Shown piece by piece: positions 1-7,846 of a stretch of DNA of 25,115 nucleotides. Below the pieces are notes generated by a model. That model did no database searches. It worked only from the letters and a program-made list of their open reading frames with translations, and was not told the origin of the DNA. Source of the DNA: Gaiellaceae bacterium (GTDB lineage: Bacteria; Actinomycetota; Thermoleophilia; Gaiellales; Gaiellaceae); contig DATDDZ010000021.1 of assembly GCA_036523555.1 (NCBI GenBank), positions 1-25,115 of the forward strand. The letters are read 5' to 3'. A program made the translations under genes and the position numbers. Numbering within the stretch: the stretch's first letter is position 1; each line of letters begins with the position of its first letter.

Positions 1-648
1 CTGGCCGCTGCCGACCACTCGAAAGGCGATCTCGGGGGCCAGTCGCGCGGCGGCGAGGATGGTCTCGATCCCCTGCAGGGGGATCAACTTGCCGACGAAC
101 AGAGCCGTGAAGGGCTCGGACGGCTCCCACCCGGGACGGAAGAGCCGGTCCTCCGCGCCGACAAAGCACACCTCGACGACTCCGAGTCCGGCGAGGTCGG
201 CCAGGAAACGAGCGTGGGCCTCGGTGTCGGCGACGACGAGATCCGCGGCGCGGAACGCGTGACGGTCGACTGCCTCGAGCGCCCGCGCGGCGAATGAGCC
301 GGGCCGAAAGCGGCGCCGGTCCGAGACGAGCGTGTCGGCGAGCGAGACGAGCGGGTTGAAGACGATCGGCGCGCCGCGCGCCGCGCGCCGGGCGGCGGTC
401 AGGTCGAGGTGCCCCGGGTAGCCGACCACGAGGGCGTCGGCACCCTGGGCGCTCCCGGCGAGGAGCTTCCCCTCGGCGACGACGAGCCTGAGCAGCCGAC
501 CCGGGCCGGCGCTCCACCCCTCACGCAGGTCGTCCCACACGGGGACGTGCTCTTCGACGACGTCGACGCCGGCACGCCGCAGGCACGCGATCACCTGTGC
601 GTTCCGTGGATACGCTCGCTCGTAGGTGCCGAAGTAGCAAACCTTCAC
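1..648 (-). CDS. GT4-family glycosyltransferase, N-terminal part (runs off the left edge)
   Basis: Not in the ORF track because no stop lies in the window. Manual translation from GTG at 648 gives VKVCYFGTYERAYPRNAQVIACLRRAG...VVGYPGHLD...FNPLVSLADTLVSDR...VVADTEAHARF...ALFVGKLIPLQGIETILAAARL...FRVVGSGQ, typical of GT-B/GT4. Confidence 0.82.
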   Translation of the reverse strand, partial: MKVCYFGTYERAYPRNAQVIACLRRAGVDVVEEHVPVWDDLREGWSAGPGRLLRLVVAEGKLLAGSAQGADALVVGYPGHLDLTAARRAARGAPIVFNPLVSLADTLVSDRRRFRPGSFAARALEAVDRHAFRAADLVVADTEAHARFLADLAGLGVVEVCFVGAEDRLFRPGWEPSEPFTALFVGKLIPLQGIETILAAARLAPEIAFRVVGSGQ

Positions 649-686
649 GGCGCGGCGCCCCGGCGCCCGTGGACGTGAGTCACCCT

Positions 687-850
687 AGTGCTCCCGGCCG
701 CAAGTACGCCCAGCCTGGCCGGCTGCAAAGCGTCGCCTCGCGTCGTCCTCGGTCGCGCTCGTACTTGATCCAGTACGAGCGCTCCCTGCGTCCTTGCGAT
801 GCTCGCTTGTTCGCCGGCCAATCAAGACCGTACTTACGGCCGGAAACACT
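687..850. repeat. 164-nt nested foldback (MITE/REP-like) element between GT2 and GT4
   Basis: 22-bp terminal inverted repeat 687-708/829-850 with 3 mismatches, all G-U compatible on the minus strand; inner stem TGGCCGGC 716-723/GCCGGCCA 813-820; perfect 11-bp central hairpin GCGCTCGTACT 755-765/AGTACGAGCGC 772-782. Confidence 0.7.
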
Positions 851-1788
851 TAGGAGAGGACTTCGTCCACGAGCAACTCGGCCCGCTCGCGTTCCCCGGC
901 ACGCTCCTCGTGATGGCTCGTGATCATCTCGCTGATCAATCCGAGCGAGAAGAACTGCAGGCCGATGACGACGAGCAGCACTCCGAGCATGAGCAGGGGC
1001 CGATGCCCGATTGCATGGCCGAGCGCCTTGAGGACGGTCAGGTAGACCAGGATCGCGGATCCGAACAATCCGAGGATCAGCCCGAGCCCGCCGAAGAGAT
1101 GCAGCGGCCGGTGCCGGTACCGCCCGATGAACGAGACGGTCAGCAGGTCGAGAAACCCGCGCAGGTAGCGCTCGATCCCGTACCGCGAGCGGCCGTGCTC
1201 GCGCGACCGGTGATTGACGGGAAGCTCGGCGATCCTGAAGCCGCGGTAGTGCGCGAGCACGGGAATGAAGCGGTGCAGCTCACCGTACAGGCGCAGGCCG
1301 TGCACGACCTCGGCGCGGTACGCCTTCAGGCCGCAGTTCATGTCGTGGAGGCGCACTCCCGAGAAGGCGCCGGTGACGCGGTTGAAGATGCGCGACAGGA
1401 TCCGCCGGGACAACCGGTCGCGTCGATCGGTCTTCCAGCCGGAGACCAGGTCGAACCCCTCGTCGAGCTTCGCCAGGAGGCGTGGGATCTCGGCGGGGTC
1501 GTCCTGGAGGTCGCCGTCGATGGTCACGACTGTCTCGCCCTTCGCCTGGTCGAATCCCGCGACCAGCGCCGCGGCCTTGCCGAAGTTGCGACGGAGCCGG
1601 ACGACGCGGACGTTCTCCTCGGCGCTGTGGAGGCGCGTGAGAGCCGCGAACGTTCCGTCAGTCGATCCGTCGTCGACGAAGATCGCCTCCCATGAGGTGT
1701 GGAGGGGCTCGAGCGCGGAGCGGAGCTCGTCGTAGAGCAGGGCGACGCTTCGCGCCTCGTTGTGAACCGGGACGACGACAGAGATCAC
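850..1788 (-). CDS. GT2 polyprenyl-phosphate glycosyltransferase (ArnC/GtrB/DPM-synthase-like) with C-terminal TM helices
   Basis: SVVVPVHNE, FVDDGSTDGT, LRRNFGK, IDGDLQDDP (DxD), LYGELHRFIP, and two hydrophobic C-terminal segments. Confidence 0.92.
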   Translation of the reverse strand: MISVVVPVHNEARSVALLYDELRSALEPLHTSWEAIFVDDGSTDGTFAALTRLHSAEENVRVVRLRRNFGKAAALVAGFDQAKGETVVTIDGDLQDDPAEIPRLLAKLDEGFDLVSGWKTDRRDRLSRRILSRIFNRVTGAFSGVRLHDMNCGLKAYRAEVVHGLRLYGELHRFIPVLAHYRGFRIAELPVNHRSREHGRSRYGIERYLRGFLDLLTVSFIGRYRHRPLHLFGGLGLILGLFGSAILVYLTVLKALGHAIGHRPLLMLGVLLVVIGLQFFSLGLISEMITSHHEERAGERERAELLVDEVLS

Positions 1789-1794
1789 GGCGCG

Positions 1795-1806
1795 AGGTTA
1801 TAGCCT
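1795..1806. promoter_or_regulatory. Back-to-back -10 hexamers for divergent leaderless transcripts (GT2 / moeA)
   Basis: Minus-strand TAACCT (1800-1795) and plus-strand TAGCCT (1801-1806), each exactly 6 nt from a GTG start (1788, 1813). Confidence 0.6.
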
Positions 1807-1812
1807 GGGCCC

Positions 1813-3003
1813 GTGGCGGAGCTGCTCTCTCTCGCGGAGGCACGGGCGGCCGTGCTCGAGCGGGTGGTGCCTCTCCCCGCTGAGCCGGTCGCTCTCGGCG
1901 AGGCCGGTGGACGGGTTCTGGCAGAGGACGCTGTCTCGACTGTCGACCTGCCTCCGTTCCCGAGCTCGGCAATGGACGGGTTTGCCGTGCGCGCGGCGGA
2001 CTCCCCCGGCCGCCTGGTCGTGGTCGGAAGCGTCGCAGCCGGCGCGCCTGCGACCGCCGGTCTGCGAGCAGGAGAGGCGATGGGCATCGCAACGGGCGGG
2101 GCGGTCCCGCCCGGCGCCGACGCCGTCGTCAGGATCGAGGACGTCGTCCTGGAAGGCAACACGGTCGAGATTCCCGGAGTCGGCGAAGGCAAGAGCATCC
2201 GCCCGCGCGGCGGAGACATCCGCGAGGGCGAGGTCGTCGTCGAGAAGGGGACCCGCATGGGAGCGGCCCACGTCGCGGCGCTCGCGGCCGCAGGGGCTGC
2301 GGGAGTCTCGGTCTCGCGACGCCCGCGAGTCGCCGTGCTCGCCACCGGCAGCGAGCTGCGCCCTCCCGGCGAGCTCCTGGGCCCCGGACAGATCTTTGAC
2401 GCGAACGGCGTCCTGCTCGCGACCGCGCTGTCGGCCGCAGGCGCCGAGGTCGAAGTGCTTCCCGCCGTCGAGGACGATCCGGACGCCCACCGGGATGCGC
2501 TGGAACGCGGTCTCGGAGCCGACGTGCTGGTCACGACGGGGGGCGTGTCCGTCGGCCCCCACGACCTCGTGCGCTCGATTCTTCGCTCCCTCGGAGTGGA
2601 GGAGGTGTTCTGGGGTGTCGCGGTCAAGCCCGGCAAGCCGCTGGCCTTCGGCGTGCTGGGCACGACGCTCGTCTTCGGGCTCCCCGGCAACCCCGTGTCG
2701 ACACTCGTCGGCTGCGAGCTCTTCGTTCGCCCGGCGGTCCTGGCTCTGCAGGGTGCGCCGGAGCCCGGCCCGGTCTACCGGGATGCGCGTCTCGCGGCCG
2801 CGGTCAAGCGTAACGCGGGGCGAGACGAGCTCCTGCGCGCGCGGACGCGGTTCACGGACGACGGTGTCGTCGTCGAGCCCGTGACGGGCCAGGAGTCGCA
2901 CATGATCGTCCGGGCGGCAGGCGCCGACGCGCTCGTGCTGTCACCGCGCGGAAACGGTGAGCTTCCCGAGGGATCTCACGTCCGCTACTTCCCGCTCGCC
3001 TGA
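1813..3003 (+). CDS. moeA: Molybdopterin molybdotransferase MoeA
   Basis: PPFPSSAMDGFAV, ATGGAVPPGADAV, GQIFDAN, TGGVSVG, VKPGKP, GLPGNPVS, GQESH motifs. Confidence 0.95.
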   Translation: MAELLSLAEARAAVLERVVPLPAEPVALGEAGGRVLAEDAVSTVDLPPFPSSAMDGFAVRAADSPGRLVVVGSVAAGAPATAGLRAGEAMGIATGGAVPPGADAVVRIEDVVLEGNTVEIPGVGEGKSIRPRGGDIREGEVVVEKGTRMGAAHVAALAAAGAAGVSVSRRPRVAVLATGSELRPPGELLGPGQIFDANGVLLATALSAAGAEVEVLPAVEDDPDAHRDALERGLGADVLVTTGGVSVGPHDLVRSILRSLGVEEVFWGVAVKPGKPLAFGVLGTTLVFGLPGNPVSTLVGCELFVRPAVLALQGAPEPGPVYRDARLAAAVKRNAGRDELLRARTRFTDDGVVVEPVTGQESHMIVRAAGADALVLSPRGNGELPEGSHVRYFPLA

Positions 3004-3713
3004 GCAGAGATCGGTGCGTAGGGCGTGCCGCCGCGCGGCTCGACGCGCACGAGCCTCGCGTACGCGATGTAGCGATGCGTGGCGAAGAACCTCGGGTGGC
3101 ACGCCTGCAGCTCGAGCAGCTCGTGCCGCGGCGACTTCAGGACCGAGAGATCGGTCGCCTTCACGATTCGGTGGCCAGTCACCGAGTAGACGAACGTCGC
3201 GTACGGGACCTGCAGGGTGACGCGATCGCCGGGCCGGAGCGCGTCGATGTGCGAGAAGGGAGCGAGATACGTCGTACGGTGCCCGGCGATGTAGACGAGC
3301 CTGTTCTCGCCGGGCATGTAGGTCCGCTGGTCTCTGCCGGGGCCTTTCGTCAGCGTGTCGTGGTCGGTCCCGTTGACGAAGATCATGTGCAGTCCCATGC
3401 GTGGGATCAGGATGCGGCCGATCGCCTGGCCGGGGCGCGAGCTCGCGCGGTAGCGCTCGGCCGCCCGCGCGACGTTCCTTCGAGTCGCCGCCAGCGAGTC
3501 GCCGGGTGAAAGTGGCGCGAAGGTACTGACGCGCCGGTCGTACTGCGATCTGAGCTCGTGCTGCTTCCACTTCGTGTAGAGGGCGGTGAACGGGTCCTGC
3601 CACCTCCAGACGACGAACGCCCACACGAGAGTCAGCAGACCGGCCGCGATCAGCACCGTGCCTCCGAGCCGGAGCGCTCGCCGCGCGCGTGGGCGTGTCG
3701 CAGCGAGACGCAC
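2985..3713 (-). CDS. Sortase (class E-like)
   Basis: The likely start is GTG 3713, overlapping the upstream TAG (TAGTG), not 4397 as in the ORF track. N-terminal TM (LGGTVLIAAGLLTLVWAFVVW), His in IAGHRTTY, Cys in LELQACHP (Ala in place of the usual Thr of TLxTC), Arg in THRY. Confidence 0.9.
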   Translation of the reverse strand: MRLAATRPRARRALRLGGTVLIAAGLLTLVWAFVVWRWQDPFTALYTKWKQHELRSQYDRRVSTFAPLSPGDSLAATRRNVARAAERYRASSRPGQAIGRILIPRMGLHMIFVNGTDHDTLTKGPGRDQRTYMPGENRLVYIAGHRTTYLAPFSHIDALRPGDRVTLQVPYATFVYSVTGHRIVKATDLSVLKSPRHELLELQACHPRFFATHRYIAYARLVRVEPRGGTPYAPISAQASGK

Positions 3714-5599
3714 TAGCCCTCGAGCGCCTCGAGGTCTCGACCCGCCGACGCTCGCCGCCGGTTTCGAACGGCGAGGAACGTCGTCCGCATGACTCGCCTG
3801 AGCGGGCCGCGCGGCGGCAACTCGGCCGCGTCGGGGTACGGGGCGTAGCGACCGACGGCGAGCGCGGCGAGCTGACCTGCGCCCGCGAGCCAGATGACGA
3901 GAAACGGCATCACTATGAGCGGGACATAGCCGACGGCGCGCAATTCCGCCAGGTACCACGGTGCGTCCCAGCCGAGCCCGAAGCGTCCCGCGAACGAGCC
4001 GATCAGAAGCATCGGCCCTGCGAGCCCGGCGATGAGCACGCCTGCTCGTGCGGCCGGAGAGGCCCTCGCGATCTGCGGTAGCCAGAGCCAGATATGCAGG
4101 CTCGGCAGGACGAAGACGAGGGCGAAGGGGTTCGTCGCGACGAGCAGAAGCGCCAGCACGCCGAGACAGAGCAGGGCAGCCGTGTGGCCGGCGAGAATCT
4201 CTTCGACGGCGACGCCGCGCCGCGGCAGCAGGCGCTCCCGCGTCACGAGCCAGCCGAGTAGAGCGAGGACGATCAGCGCGACGAGCGCCTTCGCGGGAAC
4301 ATGGTGGGCGAGAGTGCTTCGGGGCGAGATCGGGCGAGGCTCGCCCGAGCCCCAGGCCCGGAGGAGGCCGAAGAGCTCGAAGAGCGCGATCACCCACGCC
4401 CAGAACGCGAGGCGGCTTCGGTAGCTGCGAAGCGCGGGGCCCAGCGGGATGCGCCGGCGGCGGCAGCGGGCGAACAGGTCGATCGCCGTTGCCAAAAATG
4501 GCAACAAGCAGGCGATCAGCACGAGCTCGACCGCCCAGCCTCGAATCAGGCGCGAGCCGAGGTAGAGGTAGCTCGACGTGCCTCGCGCGAACTCGAGGCC
4601 GTCGTCGAGCGAGCCCACGATGTCCTGTGCGGTCCTTCCTGCCTCGGCGAGGCGATCGGTGCGCAGGCGCCGGGGAGTATCGAAGAGGGGATTCGGGAGA
4701 TGGTCGCCTGCAGTGGTGAGCGTCACCGCGCCGATGCCGTGCGTCAGGAACGGAGCATGCTCGTAGAAGGAGTAAGGAAAGCCCAGGTCGACGAGCTGCC
4801 GGATCAGTCCCGACCGCGCAGGCCGGACGCCGGTCTGGGCCGCCGCGCGTGCCGCGACCGTCTCGATCAGGGTGGCCGACGGCGTCCGCGGCACGTCGCC
4901 GTTGAACTCGACGCGCAACGGCCCTCCTCCGCCCACTGCGTCGAGGTTGACCACCGCCTCGACGTCGTGGCGCAGGGGCGAGTGGGCCGCGAACCAGGCC
5001 GCGCCCAGCCCGCCGGCCGAACCGCCGTCGGTCGAGAGGAAGAGAATCGTGTGGTTCGGGTGGAGCTGAACTGACGGCACGCCGGGCGGGGCGGCATAGG
5101 CGCGTGCGAGCTGTACCAGCACGGCGGTCCCTGAGGCGTTGTCGTTCGCGCCGGGGCCGCGGCCGTCGTTGTCGCGATGCGCCATGACGACGATCGTCCC
5201 CGGCGAGCGGCCTACCGCCTCGGCGACGAGGTTCTCGAGGCGGACGCGGCCGCGACCGGGGATCTCCGCGCTGAAGCTCTCAGACCTGACCGGGAGGCCG
5301 TAGGGCTCGAGCTGTCCGCGGAACCAGTCGACGGCGGCGGGGGCACGCGCAGACCCGGGCGACCGGTCGGGGATCTCGTTCACGAGATCGGACGCGAGCG
5401 CTTTCGCGGCGCCGCCGTTGAAGGCCGGGATGAAGCTCGATCGCGGCAGGGCCGCCGGGCGCGCGACGCTGAACGCGGCGACGAGCAGCGGCAGTCCGAC
5501 GAGCAGCCAGGTTCCGCGGTAGAGACGGCCGTTGACCGGGCGCTCGAGCGAGCCGGGCCGCGCCCGACGCCGCTTGCTTCGGGGCGGAATGGAGGCCAT
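3713..5599 (-). CDS. Multi-TM M28-fold protein lacking the catalytic EE (GPAA1/Gaa1-like architecture)
   Basis: N-terminal TM, MAHRD, GANDNASG and NLDAVG are present; FLSTDGGSAGGLGA replaces the FxxDGEExGLxGS motif; about 7 hydrophobic C-terminal segments. Confidence 0.85.
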   Translation of the reverse strand: MASIPPRSKRRRARPGSLERPVNGRLYRGTWLLVGLPLLVAAFSVARPAALPRSSFIPAFNGGAAKALASDLVNEIPDRSPGSARAPAAVDWFRGQLEPYGLPVRSESFSAEIPGRGRVRLENLVAEAVGRSPGTIVVMAHRDNDGRGPGANDNASGTAVLVQLARAYAAPPGVPSVQLHPNHTILFLSTDGGSAGGLGAAWFAAHSPLRHDVEAVVNLDAVGGGGPLRVEFNGDVPRTPSATLIETVAARAAAQTGVRPARSGLIRQLVDLGFPYSFYEHAPFLTHGIGAVTLTTAGDHLPNPLFDTPRRLRTDRLAEAGRTAQDIVGSLDDGLEFARGTSSYLYLGSRLIRGWAVELVLIACLLPFLATAIDLFARCRRRRIPLGPALRSYRSRLAFWAWVIALFELFGLLRAWGSGEPRPISPRSTLAHHVPAKALVALIVLALLGWLVTRERLLPRRGVAVEEILAGHTAALLCLGVLALLLVATNPFALVFVLPSLHIWLWLPQIARASPAARAGVLIAGLAGPMLLIGSFAGRFGLGWDAPWYLAELRAVGYVPLIVMPFLVIWLAGAGQLAALAVGRYAPYPDAAELPPRGPLRRVMRTTFLAVRNRRRASAGRDLEALEG

Positions 5600-5606
5600 C
5601 CACGGC

Positions 5607-5613
5607 TATAGTA
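5607..5613. promoter_or_regulatory. Overlapping divergent -10 hexamers (M28-like gene / response regulator)
   Basis: Plus TATAGT 5607-5612; minus TACTAT 5613-5608, 8 nt upstream of ATG 5599. Confidence 0.5.
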
Positions 5614-5718
5614 GGTCGCGTACCACCCGGCAACTCAGCGGGCATGTGGGCAAGGCCCGCAGACCCTCCCCGGAGCCGGCGAGCGCCCCAACGGCAGGCA
5701 GCCGACAGCCGAGCCGAC

Positions 5719-6414
5719 ATGTCCGACTCCTCGACCATCCTCCTCGTCGACGACGAGGACTCCGTCCAGAAGCTTCTCGCGTATCCACTCGAACGTGAGG
5801 GCTTCAGGGTGCTGCAGGCTCGCGACGGGCAGGAAGCGCTCGAGCGCTTCGCCTCCGAGAGCGTCGACCTCGTCGTGCTCGACGTCATGCTCCCCAAGCT
5901 CGACGGGCTCGAGGTCTGTAAGCGCCTCCGCGCGGAGAGCCAGGTCCCGATCATCATGCTGACCGCGCGCGACGACGAGCTGGACAAGGTGCTCGGCCTC
6001 GAGCTCGGGGCGGACGACTACATCACGAAGCCGTTCTCGATTCGCGAGTTCCGCAGTCGTGTGCGCGCGCTCCTCCGGCGTGCGGCGGTTCCGCGCCAGG
6101 CGGAGGTCGGCGACGTCATCTCCGCCGGCGGCCTCGAGATCGACCTCGCCCGGCGCGCGGTCGAGGCTCGCGGAGGGCAGGTTCAGCTCACGTACGTCGA
6201 GTTCGAGCTCTTGCGGACGCTGGCCTCACATCCAGGCCGCGTCTACAGCCGGCGGATGCTGCTCGAGGCCCTCTGGGGGAGCGCCGACTACCGGGAGCCG
6301 CGCACGATCGACGTTCACGTTCGCCACCTGCGCGAGAAGCTCGAGGAGGATCCCGCCGAGCCCGAGTACATCCTCACCGTGCGCGGCGTCGGGTACCGCT
6401 TCCGGGACAGGTGA
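5719..6414 (+). CDS. OmpR/PhoB-family response regulator
   Basis: ATG 5719 (MSDSSTILLVDDE), phospho-Asp in VVLDVMLP, YITKPF, and winged-helix RTIDVHVRHLREKLE...TVRGVGY. Confidence 0.95.
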   Translation: MSDSSTILLVDDEDSVQKLLAYPLEREGFRVLQARDGQEALERFASESVDLVVLDVMLPKLDGLEVCKRLRAESQVPIIMLTARDDELDKVLGLELGADDYITKPFSIREFRSRVRALLRRAAVPRQAEVGDVISAGGLEIDLARRAVEARGGQVQLTYVEFELLRTLASHPGRVYSRRMLLEALWGSADYREPRTIDVHVRHLREKLEEDPAEPEYILTVRGVGYRFRDR

Positions 6415-7841
6415 ATCCCCTCCGGAGCGTCGGTGCGCGGCTCGGTCTCGGCCTTGCAGTCGTCGTCGCTTTCGCGCTCCTCCTGGTCGACCTGATCGTC
6501 GTTCCATCCCTCGAGAACAACCTGATCAAGTCGAAGCTCGGACAACTGCGGGAGGAAGTGCCCACCGTTGCGCAGCAGGTCGTGGCGAGCAGCACCTTCA
6601 CCCTCGTCGACACGCTTCAGGCCGCCGCGTCGAGCTCGAATGCCCGGGTGGTCTGGTTCAACGTCCTGACGGCGGCGCCGCTGACCCTCACCGTCTACGC
6701 CGATTCGAACTCCATCTCGACCGCCGACGTGCAGAACGACCGCATCGCCCTCGCCGCGTATCGTGACGGGGCGCCCGCGAGCGGAACCGTCTCCTGGCAC
6801 GGCCAGCGCTACGCGGAGTCGGCGGTCCCTGTCGCGGAAGGCGTGGTTCTCCTTCGAGCATCGCTGCACGATTCGTTGCGCAGCATCGCTCTCGTCCGCC
6901 GGCGCCTCGTGATCGCGGGCCTCATCGCTCTCGCCGCTTCGCTGCTCGTCGGTTACCTCGCGGCAGCATTGTTCGCGCGCCGGATTCGGCGGCTCGAGCG
7001 CGCGGCGGACCGGATCGCCGGCGGCGACTTCGGCGAGCCGGTGACCGATGCCGGGCGGGACGAGCTCGGGGACCTGGCCGCGACGTTCGAGCGGATGCGC
7101 CAACGGCTCGCCCGGCTCGAGCACGCCAGGCGTGAGTTCATCGCGAATGCGTCCCACGAGCTTCGCACGCCGCTGTTTTCGCTCGGCGGCTTCCTCGAGC
7201 TGATGTCCGAGGAGGACCTCGACGCGAACACCCGGATCGAGTTCCTGGCGACGATGCGAGAGCAGATCGAGCGTCTGACGAAGCTCGCCACCGAGTTGCT
7301 CGACCTGTCGAGGCTGGATGCCGGGCGTATGCACGTCGAGCGCGAGCCGGTCGACCTGGTCGAGGTGGCCGAGACCCTCGCCGCGGAGTTCCGCGCGGTC
7401 GCCCGGGCCGGCGAGCATATCCTGGAAGTCGAGGGCTCGGAGACCGCCACGGCCCTGGCGGACGAGGAGAGGGCGCTCCAGATCGGCCGGATCCTCGTGG
7501 AGAACGCTCTCGTGCACACCCCGGCGGGGACTGCCGTTCGCCTCCGCACGGCGCGGCGGGACGACTCCGTCCTGCTGACCGTCGAGGACGAGGGCCCGGG
7601 CATCCCGGTCGAGCAGGCCGAGCAGGTCTTCGACCGGTTCTACCGGGTCGAGGGCTCGGTCGCTTCGGGGAGCGGCCTCGGCCTCGCGATCGCCCGCGAG
7701 CTCGCGGAGCTGATGGGCGGGGCGATCGAGCTCAGTGGGATGCCTGGACGGACGATCTTCGCGCTCGTGCTGCCGGCGGCGGCCGCCGACTTCGCCGTTT
7801 CACGTGAAAACAGGTCGCTGAAAGAGCCGTCGCTACAGTGA
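6411..7841 (+). CDS. HAMP-containing sensor histidine kinase
   Basis: Two TMs, HAMP (RDELGDLAATFERM), H-box SHELRTPL, N-box LVENAL, DEGPGI, FDRFYR, GSGLGLAIA; GTGA overlap with the RR. Confidence 0.95.
   Translation: MNPLRSVGARLGLGLAVVVAFALLLVDLIVVPSLENNLIKSKLGQLREEVPTVAQQVVASSTFTLVDTLQAAASSSNARVVWFNVLTAAPLTLTVYADSNSISTADVQNDRIALAAYRDGAPASGTVSWHGQRYAESAVPVAEGVVLLRASLHDSLRSIALVRRRLVIAGLIALAASLLVGYLAAALFARRIRRLERAADRIAGGDFGEPVTDAGRDELGDLAATFERMRQRLARLEHARREFIANASHELRTPLFSLGGFLELMSEEDLDANTRIEFLATMREQIERLTKLATELLDLSRLDAGRMHVEREPVDLVEVAETLAAEFRAVARAGEHILEVEGSETATALADEERALQIGRILVENALVHTPAGTAVRLRTARRDDSVLLTVEDEGPGIPVEQAEQVFDRFYRVEGSVASGSGLGLAIARELAELMGGAIELSGMPGRTIFALVLPAAAADFAVSRENRSLKEPSLQ
7796..7811. 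promoter_or_regulatory. parS-like palindrome
   Basis: cGTTTCACGTGAAAac matches 13/16 of the parS consensus TGTTTCACGTGAAACA; perfect 12-bp palindromic core TTTCACGTGAAA. Confidence 0.5.
7834..7839 (+). promoter_or_regulatory. -10 hexamer for leaderless htrA
   Basis: TACAGT 7 nt upstream of ATG 7847; the same hexamer precedes ccmA. Confidence 0.45.
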
Positions 7842-7846
7842 CGCCG

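Noticed and set aside
3714-4397. N-terminal extension of the sortase ORF to 4397
   Set aside because: It lies inside the M28-like gene in another frame and is low complexity; GTG 3713 coupled to the upstream stop gives a normal-sized sortase.
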